Source: a virus
Lineage: Duplodnaviria; Caudoviricetes
Strand: one strand, 5' to 3'
DNA length: 64,000 nt
IMG/VR virus record: IMGVR_UViG_3300043642_000037
Span: 64,001-128,000 of that record
Part shown: positions 33,139-41,178 of the stretch, in pieces
Layout of the letters: each line of letters begins with the position of its first letter
Position numbering within the stretch: position 1 is the first letter of the stretch
Made by a program: the position numbers and the translations under genes
The notes under the pieces: generated by a model
Databases searched by the model: none
The model's input: only the letters and a program-made list of their open reading frames with translations
What the model was told of the DNA's origin: nothing

Positions 33139-34086
33139 ATGAGCAACGCAACCGAGGAAGAGACGAAGGCGGCGAAGTTCAAGCCGCCGTTCGTGGCGTT
33201 CGCCGACATCGAAATCGGCGACAACATCAGCGATCAGAAGACGGGACGGATGAAGCTCGACCTCGAGAACTCGGTGGACCTCGAGTTCGCGCTCAGCATC
33301 GATCGGGAGGGGTTGATCTCGCCCCTGGCCGTCCGGGAGGGTGGACCCGCGCGAACCACCGGCAAGCGCAAGGTCGTGCTCGACTGCGGGTACCGCAGGT
33401 ACGGTGCGATCGGGCTGCTTCGCGAGAACAAGGTTCCGGGGCAGAAGACGAAGGCGTCGTCCTGGAACCAGATCCCGGTTCGCTACGTGAAGGGCGACGA
33501 GGAGGACCAGGACGTCCGGAACCTGGTGGAGAACCTCCAGCGCCTCAATCTCGACCCCTACCAGGAGGGCGCCGCGATCAAGGCGTACATGGAGAAGCAC
33601 AAGACGACGCAGACCGAGGTCGCCCACCGGCTCGGAAAGTCCGAGCCCTGGGTGTCCCAGCGCCTGTCCATGCTCCGCAACTCCAGCGACGAGGTGAAGC
33701 AGGCGTACGACGACGGCATCATCTCCGCCACGATGGTTCGGGAGATCACGGACCTGCCCAAGGACAAGCAGCCGGGCCTGGTCCAGTCCCTGCGCAAGCA
33801 GGCCGCCTCGGGCAAGTATCCGACTGTCGAGGACGTCAAGGAGGACATCGCCAAGATCCCGTCGCCGAAGAAGAAGACCGGGCGCAAGGCGAACACGTTC
33901 GACCAGGACAAGATCCTCCTTGCGAAGGAGACCTACGCGAACAAGAAGATCATGCCCCGCCCGCGCCTGGCCCTGTTGGAGGTGCTCGGCGCGCTCGTCA
34001 CGCGCGAGCAGCGTAACGCGACCGACAAGACCAAGTACCAGCTCCAGACCATCGAGTACGTGCTCGGCCTACGTGACACCCTGTGA
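33139..34086 (+). CDS. parB: ParB/Spo0J-like protein (ParB-N plus HTH)
   Basis: 'SIDREGLISPL', 'CGYRRY' (GxRR), 'ENLQRLNL', HTH 'TQTEVAHRLGKSEPWVSQRL'. Confidence 0.85.
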   Translation: MSNATEEETKAAKFKPPFVAFADIEIGDNISDQKTGRMKLDLENSVDLEFALSIDREGLISPLAVREGGPARTTGKRKVVLDCGYRRYGAIGLLRENKVPGQKTKASSWNQIPVRYVKGDEEDQDVRNLVENLQRLNLDPYQEGAAIKAYMEKHKTTQTEVAHRLGKSEPWVSQRLSMLRNSSDEVKQAYDDGIISATMVREITDLPKDKQPGLVQSLRKQAASGKYPTVEDVKEDIAKIPSPKKKTGRKANTFDQDKILLAKETYANKKIMPRPRLALLEVLGALVTREQRNATDKTKYQLQTIEYVLGLRDTL

Positions 34087-34583
34087 AGCTCGCGGAGTAC
34101 GTGATGTCCCTGCGCGAGGGCGCGGACCCCCGACGGGACGCCTCGTCGGACCCCGTGGCGCGCGAGGTTGTCATCCAGCTTCGCGACCACGCGCCGCCCA
34201 CGCTCCTGGGGCGGCTCGCGAAGCTGGATCGCATCGGACTGCTCAACGGCGATGTGCTGATGTCACTGATCGCGCAGGCGCCCATCGATCCGCTCAACCT
34301 GTTCGCCACGATCCAGCAGAGCAGCCCGGGCGAGTGGGCGTTCAGCGGGATCGACTTCGGGGTGGTGCGCGTGCTCGCGCGAAACGCCGCGGGGAACGTC
34401 GCCGCCGCGGTGCGCATCGACCTGATGGACTCGAGCGTCAGCACGCTGGTCCTCAACCAGGCGGGGCAGCTCACGCCGTTCCGGCGCTACGAGCCCGAGG
34501 GGGCGAGGATCCTGGAGCAGGTCCAGGCGATGTGTGACGCGGCCATCGCCGCCGCCGCTAGGGAGTCTGCGCCGGCTCGCTGA
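34083..34583 (+). CDS. hypothetical protein
   Basis: GTGA coupling with parB. Confidence 0.6.
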   Translation: MKLAEYVMSLREGADPRRDASSDPVAREVVIQLRDHAPPTLLGRLAKLDRIGLLNGDVLMSLIAQAPIDPLNLFATIQQSSPGEWAFSGIDFGVVRVLARNAAGNVAAAVRIDLMDSSVSTLVLNQAGQLTPFRRYEPEGARILEQVQAMCDAAIAAAARESAPAR

Positions 34584-35439
34584 CCAGCCCGAAGAGCGAA
34601 GAGTCGGCCTCGAGGTCGCGGCGAAGGACGTCGGACTCGAGACTGTGCCGGACGAGGCGGAGCGCGACGACCTTGATTTGGCGCACGCGCTCCGGGGTCA
34701 TCGACATGATCTTCCCGATCTGCTCGAGGCTGCGAGGCTCGTCCCTGACGCCGAAGTGGAGGCGAATGATGGTCGCCTCCCGCATCGGTAGCCGGGACAA
34801 CGCGGCCTCGAGCAGGTCGGAGAGCTGCTTCGCGTGGTAGTCGCTGGCAATCTCGATCCCGGAGCCAAGCTCCTCGTCGCACACGTCCTCGATGCGCACG
34901 ACGGGGTAGGTGACGCACTCGACGGCGGATGCAGCCTCGGAGCGCAGGCCGTGCTGGGTGGCCGCTATCCGCTGGGCGTGCGCCTGCTTGCGCTGCTCCT
35001 TCTGCTTGTGTGTGGGGATGTGCACCGTCGAGCTGGACGCGTAGTCCTGGTCCATCATCTCCTTGTACACCCACGTCCCCGCGTAGGTGAGGAACCGGAT
35101 GTACGGGGTTCTCTCGGGATTGAAGTGTCCCGGCTCGATCGCGCGCAGCAGGCCGAGATTGCCCGCGGCGATGTAGTCCTGCAGTGCGTTGCGATCGTTG
35201 GTCTTGCGGTGCGCCTGGCGGACCACGAAGCGGAGATGGCTCTGGACCACGATGTCCCGGGCCCGCGTGTCCCTGTGCCGCTGCCACAGCCGGATGAAGA
35301 CCCGCTCCTCCTCGGGGTCCGTCACCGCCCTGGTGCTTCCTATGCTCGCGTAGTACGAGCGACGGCTGTCTTCCTCATTCGCCAGGCGGCGGACCATGCG
35401 AGGACGATCGTGTGTCCTTGGACGGAAAGACTGGCGCAT
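34558..35439 (-). CDS. sigma70-family RNA polymerase sigma factor (RpoS/RpoH-like architecture)
   Basis: Region 2 'HLRFVV..A..QDYIAAGNLGLLRAIE..F..RFLTYA.TW'; region 4 'LPMREATIIRLHFG..SLEQIG..MTPERVRQIK'. Confidence 0.92.
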   Translation of the reverse strand: MRQSFRPRTHDRPRMVRRLANEEDSRRSYYASIGSTRAVTDPEEERVFIRLWQRHRDTRARDIVVQSHLRFVVRQAHRKTNDRNALQDYIAAGNLGLLRAIEPGHFNPERTPYIRFLTYAGTWVYKEMMDQDYASSSTVHIPTHKQKEQRKQAHAQRIAATQHGLRSEAASAVECVTYPVVRIEDVCDEELGSGIEIASDYHAKQLSDLLEAALSRLPMREATIIRLHFGVRDEPRSLEQIGKIMSMTPERVRQIKVVALRLVRHSLESDVLRRDLEADSSLFGLVSEPAQTP

Positions 35440-35451
35440 TCAGCTTCGACC

Positions 35452-35480
35452 ACACTAGCGGAGCGAGGCCGCGTCTTCAA
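35452..35480 (-). promoter_or_regulatory. promoter TTGAAG-N17-TAGTGT for the sigma gene
   Basis: 17-nt spacer; -10 ends 12 nt before ATG 35439. Confidence 0.5.
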
Positions 35481-35486
35481 GAGGCC

Positions 35487-35500
35487 TTCCACGCGTGGAA
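35487..35500. promoter_or_regulatory. perfect 14-bp palindrome TTCCACGCGTGGAA (operator or parS-like site)
   Basis: Self-complementary; extra half-site TCCACGCG at 35503-35510; lies in a divergent intergenic region. Confidence 0.5.
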
Positions 35501-35567
35501 CCTCCACGCGCGCCTCACGGCCGGGATCGACGCACCGGGGCGGACCCTCGAACGAAACCTAGCCCGC

Positions 35568-35597
35568 TTGCTTTTACGGCACCCGGGCGCCTAGACT
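35568..35597 (+). promoter_or_regulatory. promoter TTGCTT-N18-TAGACT for the replication genes
   Basis: CC precedes the -10 as in the other copies; upstream of the RBS for 35668. Confidence 0.5.
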
Positions 35598-35667
35598 GCG
35601 AGACCGAATCAGTCGAAACCATCGATTGAGACGATCACAACAACGGAAGTAAGGGAATAAAGGAATC

Positions 35668-36768
35668 ATGAGCACGAAGAGCAAGAACGACAAGAACGGC
35701 GCGAAGACGGAGAACAAGACCGAGGCGAAGCAGGAGGTCGCGTCGATCCCGACGGAGACCTCGGAGACCGCGCTCGCGGCGCCCAAGCCGACCTCGGTAG
35801 CGCGGTCTCGCAAGCTCGCGCCTGCGCGGGGTCTCGCCCTGATGAACAGGGACCCGGTGGAGCTTGACGACGCCGTGGTTGCCGCGATGGACGAGCTAAT
35901 CGCGCTGTCGACTGATCCCACGCTGCCGTCCCAGTACCAGAAGGTCGTCGCCGAGCTAGTGACGCAGGCGTCGACCGAGAAGCCGGGCATGGAGGAGGTC
36001 GTCCTCGGCTGGAAAATCCCGCTGATCCAGATCAACCAGCCGACCACGACCTCGGCCTCCAAGCCGGACACCGCCAAGCTGGGGGACATCTTCACCAGCG
36101 AGGGCAAGGTCCTCGAAAAGCCGTTCGGATTCCTGGTGTTCTCGCTGTTCCAGGAGAACGTCAACTTCCCGCAGGGCGCCAAGATCCCGGCGTGCACGGC
36201 GCCGGATGCGCAGCTTGGCAACACCTACGGCAAGTGCGTCGATTGCCCACACCTGCCGTACGGGATGCAGGGAGCCGGAGACCAGAAGGTCACGGACTGC
36301 CAGAACCAGATCACGGTCGTGATCGCAACCACGGACCTGTCTAAGATCTACATGATCAGGTTCGCGAAGACCTCCAGGAAAGCAGGATCCGCGCTGCAGT
36401 CGCTTGCTGGCGCCAGCGGTCGCATGTGGGACAACAGCTTCCTGCTATCGACGGAGAAGGGGACGGGCACCCAAGGCAACTACTTCATCTTCAAGGTGGA
36501 GCCGACAGGCAAGCACAACGACGAGCACGCACGTCGCATCGCGCAGACGCTGTGCAACCTGTATCGCGCAGAACGCGACCGGGCGCTCGCGGATCACTAT
36601 CGCGCGGCGGCCTCGGCCCCGGCCACCGCGGCGGCTGCCGAGGCCTCGTTCGAGGGCAGCAAGCTGGACGCAGGTCTCGCAGGCGAGACGGAGTCGTACG
36701 ACTTGGGGGAGGGGGCGACGCCGGCGGTGGGCGCAGGTACGGTTCGGACCGCAGCCAAGCCGATGTGA
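35668..36768 (+). CDS. putative ssDNA-binding/recombination protein
   Basis: 'IPLIQINQP..GDIF', Cys cluster (C..CPH..C), acidic flexible tail; precedes nuclease, primase and polymerase. Confidence 0.55.
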   Translation: MSTKSKNDKNGAKTENKTEAKQEVASIPTETSETALAAPKPTSVARSRKLAPARGLALMNRDPVELDDAVVAAMDELIALSTDPTLPSQYQKVVAELVTQASTEKPGMEEVVLGWKIPLIQINQPTTTSASKPDTAKLGDIFTSEGKVLEKPFGFLVFSLFQENVNFPQGAKIPACTAPDAQLGNTYGKCVDCPHLPYGMQGAGDQKVTDCQNQITVVIATTDLSKIYMIRFAKTSRKAGSALQSLAGASGRMWDNSFLLSTEKGTGTQGNYFIFKVEPTGKHNDEHARRIAQTLCNLYRAERDRALADHYRAAASAPATAAAAEASFEGSKLDAGLAGETESYDLGEGATPAVGAGTVRTAAKPM

Positions 36769-36774
36769 CGCGTC

Positions 36775-36796
36775 GGCCGCGCCCTCGGCGGCCTTT
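36775..36796 (+). terminator. weak intrinsic terminator
   Basis: GGCCGC-N7-GCGGCC-TTT just after the stop. Confidence 0.4.
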
Positions 36797-36830
36797 GTCG
36801 ACTCAGATCCCCTAGCAACGAGGTGCGGCC

Positions 36831-37658
36831 GTGGCCCAGGCATTGACCGTGACCCCGGCGGCGTTGAAGCACGCCGCGTGGTCGTTCTCGAAGATGGAAA
36901 CAGGCGAGTCCTGCCCCGCGCAGTTCAAGCACAAGCACATCCTGCGGACGGCCGCGGGACCGTCGGCGCCGGAGACCGTGGTCGGCACCGCAGCCCACGG
37001 CGTCCTGGAGCATCGGGTCAAGGGCACCAGCGCCTCCGACGCAAAGAAGATCGCGCTCGCGAACACGCCGCTGACCTCGGACGAGCAGGACATGCTGCGC
37101 ACGCTCGAGGACCGCATGGACTCGTTCATGCGAAAGTTCGACGGGTTCTGCAAACGCGAGGGCGTGAAGCGCATCCTGGTAGAGGAGGCGTGGGGAATCA
37201 CCTCGACGTTCCAGCAGGCGGACTTCTTCGCCAAGGACGTCTTCTTTCGCGGCAAGGTCGACCTTGGGGTGGTCACGCGCCACGACGACCTGGTCGTGAT
37301 CGACCACAAGTCAGGCGTGGCGAAGGACCTCAAACGGGACCTCAAGAAGCGCCAGCAGCTGTGGTCGTACTACGTGCTCGCGCTCCCCAACGTTCCCGGC
37401 GTGAACGGCGTTCGTGGGGCGATTCACTTCCTGCAGGGCGACGAGGCCAAGGCGGTGCAGTGGATGGAGAACTACGACGACGCGACCCGCGTCCGCGAGG
37501 TGTACGCCCCCTGGCTGTTCTCGCGAATCAACGAGATCGCCGAGACGCTAGTCGAGCCATTCGTCGCCAAGCCCAAGCTCCGGTGGCCCTGTGAGTGGTG
37601 CACGTACCGAGGCAGCTGCGGGCCGTTCCAGGAGACCTACGGTGGCCAAACGAGCTAA
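36831..37658 (+). CDS. second Cas4/RecB-like PD-(D/E)xK exonuclease
   Basis: 'WSFSK..SCP', 'GKVDL', 'IDHKSG', 'QLWSY', 'CEWCTYRGSC'. Confidence 0.85.
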   Translation: MAQALTVTPAALKHAAWSFSKMETGESCPAQFKHKHILRTAAGPSAPETVVGTAAHGVLEHRVKGTSASDAKKIALANTPLTSDEQDMLRTLEDRMDSFMRKFDGFCKREGVKRILVEEAWGITSTFQQADFFAKDVFFRGKVDLGVVTRHDDLVVIDHKSGVAKDLKRDLKKRQQLWSYYVLALPNVPGVNGVRGAIHFLQGDEAKAVQWMENYDDATRVREVYAPWLFSRINEIAETLVEPFVAKPKLRWPCEWCTYRGSCGPFQETYGGQTS

Positions 37659-40600
37659 GGGCGGAGGGGACAAGCGCGTCCTCTTCGCCAGGCTCGATCA
37701 GATTTGGAGCGAGGTGTCGGTCGCGGACTGGCTGCTGATGGCGGCCGAGCTGCGCCCGGAGTCGATGTTCACCAGGCACGGCCCGCACGTGAAGGGGCGA
37801 TGCCCGTTTCACGACGACCCCGGCCCGTCGTTCTGCATCACGCCGGTCAGCCACCGCGGGACCGGGATCGCGAAGTGCTTCGGCTGCAATCGGCTGTTCA
37901 CGGACCCCGTGAAGCTGGTGGCGGCGCTGCGCCGCTGCAACCACGGCGACGCGATCCTGTTCCTGCGGAAGCGGTTCGGCCTGAAGTCCGTGATCCCCGA
38001 GGCGCTGTTCGAGCGCGTGCGCGATCACGAGAGGCACCAGCAGCTCAAGGGCGACATCGCGGACTTCATGTCGTCGCAGCTGCTCGAGGCGATCCGCCTG
38101 TGGCCCTCGGAGGAGGCCCTGGGCAAGGCCCAGCTTTACTGGGCGAAGCCGACCGTGGACTACCTGATGTCACGACGCCTCGGCGAGACCGCGCCGGGTG
38201 AGCTTCGCCCCGCCGGCGAGACGACGCCCGTGGGACCGGACCCGTGGGGCGTCTGGCAGGCGATCTGCGGGAGCCAGCTGGTCGGCGTGCTTCCCCCGCT
38301 CGCGTCCGTGCAGGGCCACTTCGGCGTCGACAGCGAGACGTTCAAGTTCTACTCGAGCTACTTCGACAAGTTCCTGGCCGAGGGCAACAAGTTCGTGGGC
38401 TGGGTCGTGTTCATGATGCACGACGGGCCTCGGTCGGTGTGTCGGATGAAGATCCGATCTCCGAACGACCTCAAGGAGATGTTCTTCATCGACGACGCGT
38501 ACGAGGCGGAGATGGGCGGGTTCCGGGGGTTCTTCGGGCTCAACTACTACAGGACCTACATGGGCCCGAAGTCCCCGGACGACTCGTACACGCGCACCGT
38601 CCACGCCCACGAGGGCGAGTTCGACGCGCTGTCCGCGATCGCGCAGCAGATTCGTCGCGGCACCGACGACTTCGTGGCGCTCGGCCTCGGCGGCGGCAGC
38701 GCCCAGCCTCTCGATCGCCTGGTCAACTACGGCGTGTCCCGCGTTCGGGTCGTGCCGGACGACGACGCGGGCGGCGTCGACTTCACCAAGAACTGCCTCG
38801 AACGGACGCGGACCAAGCTGATCTCGTTCCAGGTGTTCGCGTGGCCGGACGAGTACAAGACGTGGACCGACCCGACCAACCCGTCGAAGCGCATCAAGGA
38901 CGCGGACGAGGCGATCAAGACTCTCGGGTACCCGCGGTGGGCTCGCGTCGTCGACGACCCGGACTGCTACTCGTCGATGCACGAGTGGTGCTTCGACCGG
39001 GTGGTCGACGACGTTCGACGGACGGCGGTTAACGACGTGCGCCAGCAGAGCCGGATCGCCCAGGAGTGGGGCCAGCTGGTCACCGATCGCCAGGAGCTGG
39101 GCCGGTTCTGCAAGGACGTCGAGCGAACCTACGATCTCGACGCCCGCATCCTGGAGCGCGACATCTGCGCGAAGGACGAGGACGAGGAGGCGTTCATCGA
39201 GCGCCTCGGCCGCGCGCTGCTGGAGCACTTCTACCCGGTCGGCGTGCAGAACGCCGAGGGTCGCAAGCGGCTCCTGATCCTGTGGAACAAGTCGACGCGG
39301 GCCATGGACTCGGTGGTCCTCAACGACGAGCGCGGCGTGGAGACCCTGCTGTCCCGCTACTTCGGCGCGCTGTACGAGTTCGTGCGCGAGCACGTCGGAG
39401 ACCCGTCGTTCCTCTCCATGGAGGGCGAGGAGGCCGCCCTGCCCATCCCGATCAAGATCAAGCGGTACCGCGAGTACCTCACGCTGGCGCTGCTGAGGAT
39501 GGCGAGGGGCTTGCCGTCGCTCGACGTCTCCGGCAGCAAGGGGCAGGGCATCCACCTCGCGCACGTCGATGGGCCGGCGCTGCGCTCGTACCTGGTGAAC
39601 GGGCGCGACGTGTTCTGCCTGCAGCACGCGTCCGACGGCGGGTTCTCCGCGTTCCTTCTCGACGGGCCGAGCCACGAGGGCGTGGTGTTCAATACGGACG
39701 GCGTGGTCGACTCGAACCGCGGCGGCGCGTGGCTTCCGGGGCTGACCCTGGAGCAGGTCACGGCCAAGGTCGACGTCGTGGACCTCTTCGTTCGGCTGCG
39801 CGACATGATCAACGACGGATGGTCGTGGCGACACCAGGGGCTCGACGCGACCTTCCTGGCCGCGTACGTGATGTGCCTGCCCGTGATGACGGCGTTCAAG
39901 CGGCAGACCTCGATCTTCGTCACAGCCGAGTCGACGTCCGGCAAGAGTCGGTTCGTGTCGGGCTTCATCGGCGGCAGCGGGTTCTCCAGCATCAACATCG
40001 TCGCCCACGCGCTCGCGATGAGCCAGTACACGCCGGCGTCGATCCGGCAGATGCGGAACGGAAGCTCGCTGTGCCTGTGCCTAGAGGAGTTCGAGGACTA
40101 CGGCAACAACGAGCGCAAGGCGGTGCAGGTCCGCGGCGTGCTGGAGATGACACGCGACCTGATCTCGGAGAACGCGGCCAACATTTCGATCGGCACGACG
40201 TCCGGCGAGGCGAAGACCTACCACCTCCGGTTCCCGATGGTGGCCGCGGCGATTCGCCCGCTGCGGGACGCAGCCTCGCTGTCGCGATTCGTGACCTTCG
40301 AGCTTGTCCACGACTCGGCTCGCGTCGATCCGGCCGTGGTGCTCATGGAGAAGTACGGCGAGGTCGGGATTCGATCAACCAGGAGGGACCTGGCCGTCGG
40401 GCTGCTTCGCCACATGGCCGAGCTTCGGTCGGTGCAGACGAAGGTCGAGAGCGAGTTCGCCTCTGGCGCCCTGCTCCCGCCGCACGCCCAGGCCCGCTTC
40501 CGGGAGGCGCTGTACCCCGTGCTGACCATGCTGCGCTTTCTGAGCGAGGAGGCTGTGAGAACAGGCAAGAAGGCAGACCTGATACCCGACCACAAGCGAT

Positions 40601-41169
40601 TCGCGACCGAGTTCTCGAATTCGAGGCGAGACCAGCTGACTCGGCTCAAGGCGACCTCGGAGAACGAGCAAATCTTCGAGACGATCCTCGGGTCGGTGAT
40701 CCATCTGCAGAGCGACCGGAGCAGCGAGAGGATCAGCAACGGCACCACGATCCGGATCATGCTGGCCAGCCTCAACGAGCTGGACGACATCAACAAGACC
40801 AAGCAGGGAGTCTACCTCGACATCAAGATGGAGTGGCTGATCGTCAACTGGGTCGAGGCCCAGCAGGGCGTGCTCTCCAACACCCGGTACAAGCAGGACA
40901 GCCCGACGTTCCTCAAGCAGGTCTCGGAGCGGTCGCCGCACCACGTGGCCCAAGACCAGGTTCGCGACAGCCGAACACTGGAGCGCCTGGTCGACGTGAT
41001 GGGCCCGTGCCAGAAGCTGGATTTGATCACGGCGTTCTCGATTCGTCACCTGCTGGACGCCGTCCGCAAGCGCAACGCGGACGCGTTCGCCCCGATGGCG
41101 GCCGGCGTCGCGCAACCCGACCTCGGCGCCGACGAGGCGCCGCAGCAGTCCGAAGACTTCATCGCATAG
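37642..41169 (+). CDS. DnaG-type primase (CHC2 Zn finger plus TOPRIM) fused to a P-loop helicase
   Basis: 'CPFHDD..SF..CFGC', 'EGEFDA', 'PDDDAGG', Walker A 'AESTSGKS', Walker B 'LCLEEFE'; GTG 37642 with AGGAG. Confidence 0.85.
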   Translation: MAKRAKGGGDKRVLFARLDQIWSEVSVADWLLMAAELRPESMFTRHGPHVKGRCPFHDDPGPSFCITPVSHRGTGIAKCFGCNRLFTDPVKLVAALRRCNHGDAILFLRKRFGLKSVIPEALFERVRDHERHQQLKGDIADFMSSQLLEAIRLWPSEEALGKAQLYWAKPTVDYLMSRRLGETAPGELRPAGETTPVGPDPWGVWQAICGSQLVGVLPPLASVQGHFGVDSETFKFYSSYFDKFLAEGNKFVGWVVFMMHDGPRSVCRMKIRSPNDLKEMFFIDDAYEAEMGGFRGFFGLNYYRTYMGPKSPDDSYTRTVHAHEGEFDALSAIAQQIRRGTDDFVALGLGGGSAQPLDRLVNYGVSRVRVVPDDDAGGVDFTKNCLERTRTKLISFQVFAWPDEYKTWTDPTNPSKRIKDADEAIKTLGYPRWARVVDDPDCYSSMHEWCFDRVVDDVRRTAVNDVRQQSRIAQEWGQLVTDRQELGRFCKDVERTYDLDARILERDICAKDEDEEAFIERLGRALLEHFYPVGVQNAEGRKRLLILWNKSTRAMDSVVLNDERGVETLLSRYFGALYEFVREHVGDPSFLSMEGEEAALPIPIKIKRYREYLTLALLRMARGLPSLDVSGSKGQGIHLAHVDGPALRSYLVNGRDVFCLQHASDGGFSAFLLDGPSHEGVVFNTDGVVDSNRGGAWLPGLTLEQVTAKVDVVDLFVRLRDMINDGWSWRHQGLDATFLAAYVMCLPVMTAFKRQTSIFVTAESTSGKSRFVSGFIGGSGFSSINIVAHALAMSQYTPASIRQMRNGSSLCLCLEEFEDYGNNERKAVQVRGVLEMTRDLISENAANISIGTTSGEAKTYHLRFPMVAAAIRPLRDAASLSRFVTFELVHDSARVDPAVVLMEKYGEVGIRSTRRDLAVGLLRHMAELRSVQTKVESEFASGALLPPHAQARFREALYPVLTMLRFLSEEAVRTGKKADLIPDHKRFATEFSNSRRDQLTRLKATSENEQIFETILGSVIHLQSDRSSERISNGTTIRIMLASLNELDDINKTKQGVYLDIKMEWLIVNWVEAQQGVLSNTRYKQDSPTFLKQVSERSPHHVAQDQVRDSRTLERLVDVMGPCQKLDLITAFSIRHLLDAVRKRNADAFAPMAAGVAQPDLGADEAPQQSEDFIA

Positions 41170-41178
41170 GAGCCCAAG

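Noticed and set aside
30837-37658. Cas4-like genes as part of a CRISPR-Cas system
   Set aside because: No repeat-spacer array or cas1/cas2 in the window; stand-alone Cas4-like nucleases are common in phages.
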